A stretch of 64,000 nucleotides of DNA from an uncultured Acidobacteriota bacterium (GTDB taxonomy: Bacteria; Acidobacteriota; UBA6911), in assembly GCA_963809485.1 (NCBI GenBank), contig CAWEJX010000008.1:224001-288000 (forward strand), in the 5' to 3' direction. Position numbers and translations under genes: made by a program. Under the pieces are notes generated by a model, which had not been told where the DNA came from, did not search any database, and saw only the letters and a list, made by a program, of their open reading frames with translations. How positions within the stretch are numbered: the first letter of the stretch is position 1; every line of letters begins with the position of its first letter. Positions 54,075 through 62,865 of this stretch are shown here, one piece after another.

Positions 54075-55487
54075 CTATCTCACCACCTCGATTTTAATCA
54101 GATTCGTGGTGCCCGGACGGTTTATGGGAATCCCCGCCGTAATAACCACCGTCTGCCCCTTCTTGATGAGGCCCGTTTCCAGTGCGGATCTCAATGCAGC
54201 GTCAACAATTTTGTCACTGCCTGCTATCTCCGCTCCCAGAACCGGAAGAACGCCCCTGCATAGAGCCAGTTGCCGCCTTGTTTTCTCCACCGGCGTGTGG
54301 GCCAGAATGAGCTCATCCGGCCGGCAGCGGGAAACAAGTCGGGCGGTGCTTCCAGACTGGGTTATGGTAATTATGGCGGCCGCCCCGATGCTGGCCGCAA
54401 GATTTGCCGCCGCGCATGCAACTGCGCTCGGGAGCGAACCGGGGATCGGATCGATACATACGAATCGGGACCCGGCACCCGGTGCCATTTCGGCTTCCCG
54501 GGCGATGCGGGACATCATCGCTACAGCCTCGACCGGATATTTTCCCATGGCGGTTTCCTCGGACAGCATTACCGCATCGGTACCGTCCAAAATGGCATTC
54601 GCCACATCGGTCACTTCCGCGCGCGTCGGCCGCGGACTTTCGACCATGGAGCGCAGCATCTGAGTAGCGGTAATAACGGGTTTGCCCGCAGCCAGGGACT
54701 TTCGTATGATGGCCTTCTGGACCTGAGGGATCTTCTCGAGCGGCGTTTCCACCCCCAGATCCCCGCGGGCGACCATAAGACCGTCTGCGGCATCGATAAT
54801 TGCATCCATGTTCTCCAAAGCTTCGTGTTTCTCGATTTTCGCAATCACAGGGGCTGCCCCCCCGCAGCGCCTGATGTGGCGCCGGACGGCTGCAATGTCG
54901 CCCACACTCCGCACGAAGGACATGGCGACATAGTCGACGTCATTTTCAAGCCCGAACCGCAAGTCATCCCTGTCCTTGGCCGTCAGGCAGGGCGCTCGAA
55001 GGGTTCCGGTCGGAAGATTGATTCCCTTGAAGGAACTCAGCGGGCCCCCGATGACGACCTTGCAGCGGATGTCCTTGCCGCTTACGGAAGCGACCTCGAG
55101 CTCGAGCGCCCCGTCGCTCAGCAGGAGGGTGTCGCCCTTGCCGACGTCGGCAGCCATGGCCGGGTAGCTTATCGAGGCGGTCCGCGCGTCTCCGGGCACC
55201 TTTCGGCCCGTCAAGGTAAAGATGGCTCCCGGTTCGAGGACAACGGGGCCGTTGGCTATCCGGCCAATCCGTATCTTGGGCCCCGCCAGATCCTGCAGTA
55301 CGGCGACCGGCTTATTCAAGCGGCGGGATATGCGCCTTATGAGCGCGATGACCCGGGCGTGTTCAGCCTGGGTGCCGTGCGAAAAATTCAGCCGGGCCAC
55401 GTTCATTCCGGCCCGTATCAGCCGCTCCAGAACGTCGGCAGAGTTCGATGCAGGGCCGATGGTACATACGATCTTTGTTTTGTTCAA
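54075..55487 (-). CDS. pyk: Pyruvate kinase
   Basis: KTKIVCTIGPAS, ARLNFSHG, IAKIEK, MVARGDLGVE, ATQMLRSM, PTRAEVTDVANA; TTG start after GGAGG. Confidence 0.97.
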   Translation of the reverse strand: MNKTKIVCTIGPASNSADVLERLIRAGMNVARLNFSHGTQAEHARVIALIRRISRRLNKPVAVLQDLAGPKIRIGRIANGPVVLEPGAIFTLTGRKVPGDARTASISYPAMAADVGKGDTLLLSDGALELEVASVSGKDIRCKVVIGGPLSSFKGINLPTGTLRAPCLTAKDRDDLRFGLENDVDYVAMSFVRSVGDIAAVRRHIRRCGGAAPVIAKIEKHEALENMDAIIDAADGLMVARGDLGVETPLEKIPQVQKAIIRKSLAAGKPVITATQMLRSMVESPRPTRAEVTDVANAILDGTDAVMLSEETAMGKYPVEAVAMMSRIAREAEMAPGAGSRFVCIDPIPGSLPSAVACAAANLAASIGAAAIITITQSGSTARLVSRCRPDELILAHTPVEKTRRQLALCRGVLPVLGAEIAGSDKIVDAALRSALETGLIKKGQTVVITAGIPINRPGTTNLIKIEVVR

Positions 55488-55516
55488 TTCCGCACCTCCC
55501 GGATGGGTCTTCCTCC

Positions 55517-55909
55517 AGTCAGATACCTCCGGCAAAAGCCGGAGGATTGAAAGATTTGAACCGCTCAAAGCGGTTGGAGGAGCTACGCCGGTCTTGAACG
55601 CTGACTTACGCGGGCAAAAGCCGATGAGGCGCTTCCGATCCCCTCAGAGGCCAGCGCTCCGCGCTGGACAGTTTTCTGCGGCGGCACTGTGGCAAGCGCC
55701 GTGCGGCACGGAGATGAAGGGTATGAGAAACCGGGCGTTTGCCACAGTGCCGCCGCAGAAAACTCCATCGGAAGCGCCTCATCGGCTTTTGCTCGCCGAC
55801 CCTCGCCGAACAAATCCGCGTTTGTCAGCGCTTTTATCAGCGTTTATCAGCGTCTCAAAATACGGAGCAGTCAAATTCTTTGAGTCCCCCGGCAGAGCCG
55901 AAGTTTACC
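55517..55909 (-). mobile_element. Family A element, full length, copy A5
   Basis: Colinear with A3 (loop 55696-55738 in A3 orientation); lies 30 nt upstream of the pyk start. Confidence 0.78.
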
Positions 55910-56178
55910 GTATAATTATAGGGCAAAACCGGAGTGAGGTTTTCGGAATTTGTTTAACACAAAATACGCAAGGTCCCCAGTCTCCGGCTGTGCCGGAGGA
56001 TTCCTGCTGCCTAAACTTTCATCATTGGGGTCAGGAGACCGGTCCGCACCATAATCTGGAGGAGGGAAATTGATGCCGCCTTGACGTGTGCTTGCGGATA
56101 CAGTTAATTTATATGTAAATTGATGCATGATTTGAAATTCCCTTTATCCCAACGGCCGCCATCGGGAGGAAGTGACGA

Positions 56179-58056
56179 TTGGAAAACCATCAAAAAGTCC
56201 TGTTTGTAGAGCCGGCGAGCGGCTTCTACCGGATGAGACGTTACGCAATCGGGGACTATTTCGGTCCCGTCGACCTCGGGCTCCACATTTCCGGCCGGAC
56301 ACAAAGCCTCAACATCGGCGTCGGATTGTTCGCCGGATCGATCATCCCGGGATCAAACAGGCTGTTTGTGACCGGTTATTCCCCCTGCTGGCGCGGATTC
56401 TACGTGTCCTCCATGGGCGGCGCGGGGCTTATCTTCGACAATTTGGGGATTAACATGGTCAGCCTGGTCGGAAAGGCGCCCGTCCCTTCCGTGCTCTACC
56501 TCAACCGGAGCCACGGGGAAGAAATCGAGGTCGAGGTCGAACCGGTCGACGTGAATGCTGTCTGGGCTACCGGCCGCGGCGGCGTTTACACTCTCCTGGA
56601 ATACGTTCAGGCAAAATACGCCTCCCGCTACGAGAACGATCCGCGCATCCTGGCGGTCGGACCGGCTGCGCAGTCCACCGATTTCGGCGCGATAGTTTCT
56701 GTTCCGATGGCCCATGGGAAGCTGAGCTTCGTCGACACCTGGGCGGGCCGCGGGGGACTTGGATCCAAAATGCTCCAGGACCACGGTATTGCCGCGGTCA
56801 TCTACGGCGGAACCTACCTTGACGAGGATTTCCGCGATCGCAAGGTAGCCGATGAATGGTTCGACGTGAAATACAAGCAGAGACTCGCCATCAAGGATTT
56901 CGAGGGCACGACCAAGTACCGCTTCGACCCGAAATTCGATACGGGCGGCACATTTGGCGTCAATTATGCAACGATGGGGGGACGCATTATGGCGTTCAAC
57001 TACCGGACCATCCATTGGTCCGAAGAAGAACGTCTGAAGCTGCACGAGCAGTTCATCGTGGCGCACTACCTCAAGCAGTTCAACGAAGAGACGATTCGCA
57101 CCAAACAGCAGACCAACTGCGGCGAGCCCTGCGCGGCTGTCTGCAAAAAACTGAACGGCGAATATAAAAAGGACTATGAGCCTTATCAGACGCTGGGACC
57201 GCTCTGCGGAATCTTCGATCAGCGCGCGGCCGAAAAACTCAACCACTGCGGCGACGCTTCCGGATTCGACGCGATCAGCCTGGGAGGTGTGCTTGCCTGG
57301 CTGATGGATTGCCTGGACCGTGGGCTTGTTTCCACGGAGGAACTGGGAGTGACGAAGCTGCCCCGATGGGATCACGCCCGCCTCGATCCTGTCGCGGATT
57401 CCATGCATAACGCGGAACTGGGCGTCGAGCTTGTGCATTCAATCCTTCAGAAGCGCGGGATACTCGATTTGTCCGAGGGGATCAGGAAATGGGGGAGAAG
57501 TTACCGGAAGCGGAAAGGGATCGACATCCTGGATCATTGCCTTTACAGCGCGTTCGGCCGCAAGGGCTGGATGGTTCCGAATCAATACTGGACGCCGGGC
57601 GTTCTCGTCCCCATGGCCATAATGGGGAAATATTACATGCATTACGGCACTGACTTTCTGCCTCCCCGCGAACTGGGACGATATTGCGCAGTCCGGCTGC
57701 GCAAGGAACTCAACATGGATAATGCGGGGATCTGCCGCTTCCACCGGGCGTGGGCCGAAGAGATGATGCCCGATGTCATTGAATCCCTGTACGGGCTCAA
57801 AGCACAATTTCTCCAGGCCAATGCCATCTGCGCGAGCCGCATTAACAGCCGGAATGCCGGGGTTTTCTGGGAGAGCGAGCTCAATGTCGACTTCGTTCTG
57901 GCCTTCCTTAAGAGAAAACGCGACATCGACGGGGAGGTTCATCCGGACCTTGCCCATTGGATCGAGCGCTTCGAGAGGGACAGGAAAGACGCATCGCTGG
58001 ATTACTGGTTTGAGATCCGCAAAGGCATCGACGAATCGCTGCGTGATTTCAACTGA
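56179..58056 (+). CDS. Aldehyde:ferredoxin oxidoreductase superfamily, GAPOR-like
   Basis: FAGSIIPGSNRL, SSMGGAG, WAGRGG, KYRFDPKFDTGGTFG, CGEPCAAVCKK, DYEPYQ, GFDAI and CRFHRAW match archaeal GAPOR motifs as I recall them. Confidence 0.85.
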   Translation: MENHQKVLFVEPASGFYRMRRYAIGDYFGPVDLGLHISGRTQSLNIGVGLFAGSIIPGSNRLFVTGYSPCWRGFYVSSMGGAGLIFDNLGINMVSLVGKAPVPSVLYLNRSHGEEIEVEVEPVDVNAVWATGRGGVYTLLEYVQAKYASRYENDPRILAVGPAAQSTDFGAIVSVPMAHGKLSFVDTWAGRGGLGSKMLQDHGIAAVIYGGTYLDEDFRDRKVADEWFDVKYKQRLAIKDFEGTTKYRFDPKFDTGGTFGVNYATMGGRIMAFNYRTIHWSEEERLKLHEQFIVAHYLKQFNEETIRTKQQTNCGEPCAAVCKKLNGEYKKDYEPYQTLGPLCGIFDQRAAEKLNHCGDASGFDAISLGGVLAWLMDCLDRGLVSTEELGVTKLPRWDHARLDPVADSMHNAELGVELVHSILQKRGILDLSEGIRKWGRSYRKRKGIDILDHCLYSAFGRKGWMVPNQYWTPGVLVPMAIMGKYYMHYGTDFLPPRELGRYCAVRLRKELNMDNAGICRFHRAWAEEMMPDVIESLYGLKAQFLQANAICASRINSRNAGVFWESELNVDFVLAFLKRKRDIDGEVHPDLAHWIERFERDRKDASLDYWFEIRKGIDESLRDFN

Positions 58057-58311
58057 CCTTACAGAATCCGAGAAAAAAAGGATTGGATTCGGAGGGCTTG
58101 GCAAGTCGCACGGGAGATTCAGATCCGGAATAAAAGGCGCCGATTAGCCAGGATATGAGGATCGCTCTGCGGCGGCGAATCCAGGCATGCCTGTCCGCAT
58201 CCTTAATCCAGGAGGGCAGGTGACAACAGGTCCCACTGGAAAACCCGCGAGCTGGAATCAATAAATGCCCATTTACGCCGCCGCGCCGCGAACTCCCGTA
58301 AAAAATCCGGT

Positions 58312-59157
58312 CTAGTGCATGAGGGTTCCGCCGGTCACATTGATGGCCTGGCCCGTCATATATTGTGACAGGTCGCTGACCAGGAAATAAACCACATCGG
58401 CGATATCCTCGACTTTGCCCATGCGCTTGAGGGGAACCGTGGCGGTAAGCGCCTTGTATTCATCTTCACGGAATTTTTCTATCGTGATGCCTGCCTTCTG
58501 GCTCCTCATCGTTGCATCATCGTCGCGCAGGTTGGTCGCGAAGAAACCCGGATTAATGGCATTGACCCGGATTTTGTAAGGAGCCAGCTCCAGAGCCAGA
58601 GCTTGCGTGATGCCGATAACGGCCCATTTGGAGGCCGCATAGGCGGCGCTGCCCGGGCAGGCCAGTTTTCCCGCTGCGGAAGCAATGTGGACGATATTGC
58701 CTCCTTCGTTCCTGCGGATCATATCTTTGGCAACCGCCTTGGACACGATCATGGTGCCCAGCGTGTTCACGTCAAACAGCAGCCGCCAGTCTTTTTCATC
58801 GCCGTCCGCAATATTCACACCCACCGGGCCGCGTGTCCCAGCCAGGTTGACCACGATGTCGATCTTGCCGAACGTGTCCAGAGTTTTCTTCACGGCAGCC
58901 TCGACTTCTTTTGAGTTTTCCACGCCGGCCACCGCATAGGCCGCTTTGCGGCCTAAAGCTTCGATCTCTTTGACAACATCCTCCAAACCCCTCCAGCCTT
59001 CGTCTCCGGCCCACGCGCTTTTGGGAGCGGCGAACTTATCGGTCACCATCACATCGGCTCCTTCTTTCGCCAACCGCAACGCGACCGCCCGCCCCATACC
59101 CCGTTTTGCCGCTGCGCCCGTGATAAATGCAACTTTTCCGCTTAACGCATTGCCCAT
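58312..59157 (-). CDS. SDR-family oxidoreductase
   Basis: TGAAAKRGMG, VNLAG, YAASK, VNAINPG. Confidence 0.93.
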   Translation of the reverse strand: MGNALSGKVAFITGAAAKRGMGRAVALRLAKEGADVMVTDKFAAPKSAWAGDEGWRGLEDVVKEIEALGRKAAYAVAGVENSKEVEAAVKKTLDTFGKIDIVVNLAGTRGPVGVNIADGDEKDWRLLFDVNTLGTMIVSKAVAKDMIRRNEGGNIVHIASAAGKLACPGSAAYAASKWAVIGITQALALELAPYKIRVNAINPGFFATNLRDDDATMRSQKAGITIEKFREDEYKALTATVPLKRMGKVEDIADVVYFLVSDLSQYMTGQAINVTGGTLMH

Positions 59158-59189
59158 AGGACTGCCTCCTTGTTTTGTCTCAAAGCACC

Positions 59190-60560
59190 TTATGTTAGAA
59201 GACGTATCATTTCCCGGATATCCTCCAGCCGCTCGAGCTGGCCGACCCGTTGTATGATTCCTTCAATCCGCCCGGCCTCCAGGCTCCTGGCGCAATCTCT
59301 GAATTTCCGTGCGCAATCCTCGAAGGACATCGGCCGCTCGAGGCTGCCCAGGGGATTCTCCACCACCTTTGCAAACTCCTTCCCGTCGTTCGTAATTACC
59401 TTCACGCGCGTGGGCTCCGGGCCGGGTTTGTGAAGCGTGTTGTCCACCTCCACGCGCATCTTTTGAGTAACCTCCAGCACTTCCCGATTCCTGATGGCGT
59501 TTTCCGTAAAGTCATCCAGGCCGACGCGCCTGCCGACGATGGCCGAGGCCACTCCCCAGGGAATGCTGAACTGCGCGTCTACGGGGCTTCTCGGCGTCCG
59601 CTTGGATTCCAGAGGCTGGCAAAGCAGCGAAAGATGCGCGTCGGTGACCGAAAGCACGATCTCCTTTATGTCTTTGCTCCGGATATTCTGCTCGGTTGCC
59701 AGAGCCAAAGCGGCGTCAATGGCCGGATGGATGCCCCGGCAGCACGGATAGGGCTTGATCGCGACGTTGACACCCTCGAAACGTTTGCCAAGCTCGGCCG
59801 TAAGTATTTCCCGACTGTAATCCCCGTGCATGTATTGCCTATAGAAACCCCACTCGCCTTCCAGGCTGTTTTGGGCGCCCGTGACACCGGCCTTAGCCAA
59901 GAGCGCGGCCGTGATGCCTCCCTTTACGGCGAATCCGGGTCCAAGCCTCTTGGTTAACGCGCCATCCTTGACACACTGGCCGTTGCCCCCGCACTGGTGA
60001 TAACCGATGCCGATGGCATCGACCGTCTTCTCTTCGCCTAAGCCCATGATCCTGGCAGCCGTCGCGGCAGAACCCATAAAGCCGAACAAGGATGTCAGGT
60101 GCCATCCCAGCTCGACCGGGCTCCTGCCCGGGGTAGTTGCCAAAGCCAGCCGGCACATCATATCGACGCCCAGCGCCGTGCTGGTAATGAATTCCCTGCC
60201 GCTCAAGTTTCCCTGCGCTTCCGCCACAGCCATAGCGACAGGTATGGATGCTATTCCCGGATGCATGACAGCCGCTTCGTGGACATCATCAAAGTCCAGG
60301 GCATGAGCCATCGTGGCGTTGGCCTGCGCGGCATTGGGCGCGGGCACCTTCTGCCGGCTGCCGATGAGACTGCTCTCTTCCTTGCCGCCCCAGTCCTTTA
60401 CGAGTTGGCATACATGCGTCGCGCCCGGCTGAGAGGCGCCGCCCAGTGCAACTCCCAATAAATCCAGGATCTCCTTTTTTGTAGCCTCCACCACTTCCGA
60501 CGTAAGATCCTCGAACTTCGTGTTTGCGAAGTTCCTGGCGAATAAAAAGGCAGCGTCCAT
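59190..60560 (-). CDS. MmgE/PrpD family protein
   Basis: AHALDFDDVH, HPG, IKPYPCCRGIH, AQFSIPW. Confidence 0.93.
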   Translation of the reverse strand: MDAAFLFARNFANTKFEDLTSEVVEATKKEILDLLGVALGGASQPGATHVCQLVKDWGGKEESSLIGSRQKVPAPNAAQANATMAHALDFDDVHEAAVMHPGIASIPVAMAVAEAQGNLSGREFITSTALGVDMMCRLALATTPGRSPVELGWHLTSLFGFMGSAATAARIMGLGEEKTVDAIGIGYHQCGGNGQCVKDGALTKRLGPGFAVKGGITAALLAKAGVTGAQNSLEGEWGFYRQYMHGDYSREILTAELGKRFEGVNVAIKPYPCCRGIHPAIDAALALATEQNIRSKDIKEIVLSVTDAHLSLLCQPLESKRTPRSPVDAQFSIPWGVASAIVGRRVGLDDFTENAIRNREVLEVTQKMRVEVDNTLHKPGPEPTRVKVITNDGKEFAKVVENPLGSLERPMSFEDCARKFRDCARSLEAGRIEGIIQRVGQLERLEDIREMIRLLT

Positions 60561-60568
60561 ATCTTTCC

Positions 60569-60649
60569 CCAGTCTCCAGTCTCCAGTTTCCAGTTGCCAG
60601 TTTTGAGATTTGTTTTTAACTGAAAACTGGGAACTCTGAACTGGAAACT
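60569..60649. repeat. Heptamer-periodic intergenic hairpin
   Basis: (CCAGTYT)n ... (AACTGRR)n between the ECH and PrpD genes. Confidence 0.75.
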
Positions 60650-60655
60650 CGATTC

Positions 60656-61534
60656 CTATTTGTCGAAATCATCCAGCACTTTGAAATAATCGTGTTTTTC
60701 GTGGGCGGCTTCCCGGACCCCTTTGTCCCTTCGCAGTTTGAAAAAGTTGAGTTCGCCTTCGTCGAGCACTTTATTGGTCTGAAAGCTGTGCATGATGTAG
60801 TGCTCCACCAGGCCCCGGTCGATTCCCATGGTGTGATAAATCAATTCCCGGGTAGCTTTGCCCAATGCAATACCGTCTTTGGGATGGAGGCAGAGCCCAT
60901 GAGCCAGGTTCCGGACTTCCTCATCGAGTTTGTCGGCCGGCACGGCTTTGTTGATCAGATTGTATTGCGCCGCCTTGATGCCGTTGAATCTGCGTCCGGT
61001 GAGGCAAAGCTCCATCGCTCGCGTCAGGCCGCACCGCAGGATCATCATGGGCGTAAGCGTCATGCCGCCCTGGCCCAGACGTTCCTCGACATGCCCCATC
61101 TGGCAGTCTTCGCTGGCGATGATCAGGTCGCAGAAACTCACGAGATTGAATGCGACGCCCAGACAATAGGTGTGCAGCTGCGCGATCGTGATCTTCTTGC
61201 AGTAAAGTATTCTCCTGTGGAAATCCACAAAAAGGTTCCTGTCGAATTCCAGCTTAACCCGCTGCGGAATGCGCTGCTTGCCCTTTTCGCCGGGTTTCGG
61301 CTCCCTCATGCCGTAAACAAATCCCACGCCGGTTAAATCGGCGCCGGCGCTGAAGGCGCGTCCTGCGCCTTTGAAAACGACGACTTTCACGTCATCATCC
61401 CGTTCCGCTTCGTTTAATGCCGCCGTCCAATCCCGGAAAATTTCGGGGCCGATGGCGTTGAGCCGGTCCGGCCGGTTCAGGGTGATAAATGCTACCTGTT
61501 TGTCTTTTTCGTATTTTATAAACTCCAGTTCCAT
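60656..61534 (-). CDS. Enoyl-CoA hydratase/isomerase (crotonase) family protein
   Basis: ITLNRPDRLNAI, GAGRAFSAGADL, GHVEERLG. Confidence 0.92.
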   Translation of the reverse strand: MELEFIKYEKDKQVAFITLNRPDRLNAIGPEIFRDWTAALNEAERDDDVKVVVFKGAGRAFSAGADLTGVGFVYGMREPKPGEKGKQRIPQRVKLEFDRNLFVDFHRRILYCKKITIAQLHTYCLGVAFNLVSFCDLIIASEDCQMGHVEERLGQGGMTLTPMMILRCGLTRAMELCLTGRRFNGIKAAQYNLINKAVPADKLDEEVRNLAHGLCLHPKDGIALGKATRELIYHTMGIDRGLVEHYIMHSFQTNKVLDEGELNFFKLRRDKGVREAAHEKHDYFKVLDDFDK

Positions 61535-61551
61535 GATGAGACCTCCGTTAT

Positions 61552-62769
61552 TTATTCAAGCACCCCTGAGGCAAGAAGCTCGACGAACTCCTCATCTGTC
61601 TTGCCCAGGATCTTCGTTAAGACATATTCGTTGTGCTCGCCCATGCAAGGGCTTGGCGTCGATGCCTGTGCCGGCGTCTTTGACAGAACCATGCTCGATC
61701 CCAGATGAGTGAACACGCCCATCTCACTGTGTTCCATGGGCCAGAAAAGTCCGCGCGCCCGCAACTGCGGATCTTCGAACAGGTCCGCCGAGTTTTCGAC
61801 GATGCCCGCAGGAACGCCTGCCGCCTGCAAAGCCGCCATTGCCTCCTCCGCTGTCCGGCCGGCCGTCCATGCATCAATCAAAGCATCCAGGGCCGCTTCA
61901 TTTTCTTTCCTGTGCTGCAGGGTGTCGAACTGGGGATCCTCAGCCAAATCCGGACGGCCCATGGTTTTGCATAGTGCAGACCACTGGCGGTCGTCGCTCA
62001 CAGCAATTGTGCACCACCGTTCCTTTCCCTTGCAGGGATACACATTGTGCGGTGCGCCATGCGGTACCGCGTTGCCCTTCCGGACCGGCTCCCTTCCGTT
62101 GACCGCCGCATCGAGGAGTCCGGGCAGCAGAAAGTAGAGCGCAGTTTCAAATTGCGCCAGATCGATGAGCTGGCCCTTTCCCGTTTTATCGCGATATTCC
62201 AGGGCCGCAATAAGGGCGGCCGAGGCGAAACGCGGACTGATACAGTCGGTGTAGGCGCCTACGCCAATCGGAAGCGGTCCCCTGTCCGGCCACCCGATGT
62301 AATTGGGAATGCCCGCAATGGCCGCCAGAATCATTCCGAAAGCTGCCAGATTTTTGTAGGGGCCTTCTGTCCCGAACCCGTTCTGCCGTACCATAATGAT
62401 GTCCGGCTTGATCTTCGTCAGGGCCTCGTACCCAAGCCCCCATTTGTCCATGACGCCCGGCGTGAAGTTTTCCATCACAACGTCGGCCCAGAAGATAAGG
62501 TCTTTGGCAACGCCGACCCCCTGAGGGCTGTTCATATTGAGCGAAAGGCTCATCATGTTAGCGCTGAAATGATTGAAGTAGCCGCTTCTGTTGAGACCGG
62601 GGACATTATCCTTGAAAGGCGCCGACGTCCTTGTGACACAAGGGCGATGACTGGTTTCCACCCGGACGACGGTTGCCCCGTAATCTGCAAAAAATTTCAG
62701 CGTCAGCGGCCCCACCATCGCCCAGTTAAACGCCGCTATCTTCAGATTGTCGAATACTTGATTGTTCAT
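61552..62769 (-). CDS. Family III CoA-transferase (CaiB/BbsF-like)
   Basis: GPLTLKFFADYGATVVRVE, ADVVMENFTPG, GAYTD (catalytic Asp position), PCMGEHN; GAGGAG RBS. Confidence 0.92.
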   Translation of the reverse strand: MNNQVFDNLKIAAFNWAMVGPLTLKFFADYGATVVRVETSHRPCVTRTSAPFKDNVPGLNRSGYFNHFSANMMSLSLNMNSPQGVGVAKDLIFWADVVMENFTPGVMDKWGLGYEALTKIKPDIIMVRQNGFGTEGPYKNLAAFGMILAAIAGIPNYIGWPDRGPLPIGVGAYTDCISPRFASAALIAALEYRDKTGKGQLIDLAQFETALYFLLPGLLDAAVNGREPVRKGNAVPHGAPHNVYPCKGKERWCTIAVSDDRQWSALCKTMGRPDLAEDPQFDTLQHRKENEAALDALIDAWTAGRTAEEAMAALQAAGVPAGIVENSADLFEDPQLRARGLFWPMEHSEMGVFTHLGSSMVLSKTPAQASTPSPCMGEHNEYVLTKILGKTDEEFVELLASGVLE

Positions 62770-62780
62770 CCACTCCTCGC

Positions 62781-62860
62781 CGTTTCGCGTTTCCCGTTTC
62801 CGGTTTCCCGTTAAAGCCTTCCATTCCAAACGCGGAACCGGAAACGGGAAACGTGAAACG
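62781..62860. repeat. Heptamer-periodic intergenic hairpin
   Basis: (CGTTTCN)n ... (NGAAACG)n between the OYE and CoA-transferase genes. Confidence 0.8.
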
Positions 62861-62865
62861 TTTTT

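Noticed and set aside
54270-57438. Long antisense ORFs (54270-55550, 56353-57438; likewise 47712-48803, 45644-46546, 16779-17837)
   Set aside because: Shadow or alternative frames of well-supported genes in GC-rich DNA; no recognisable motifs.
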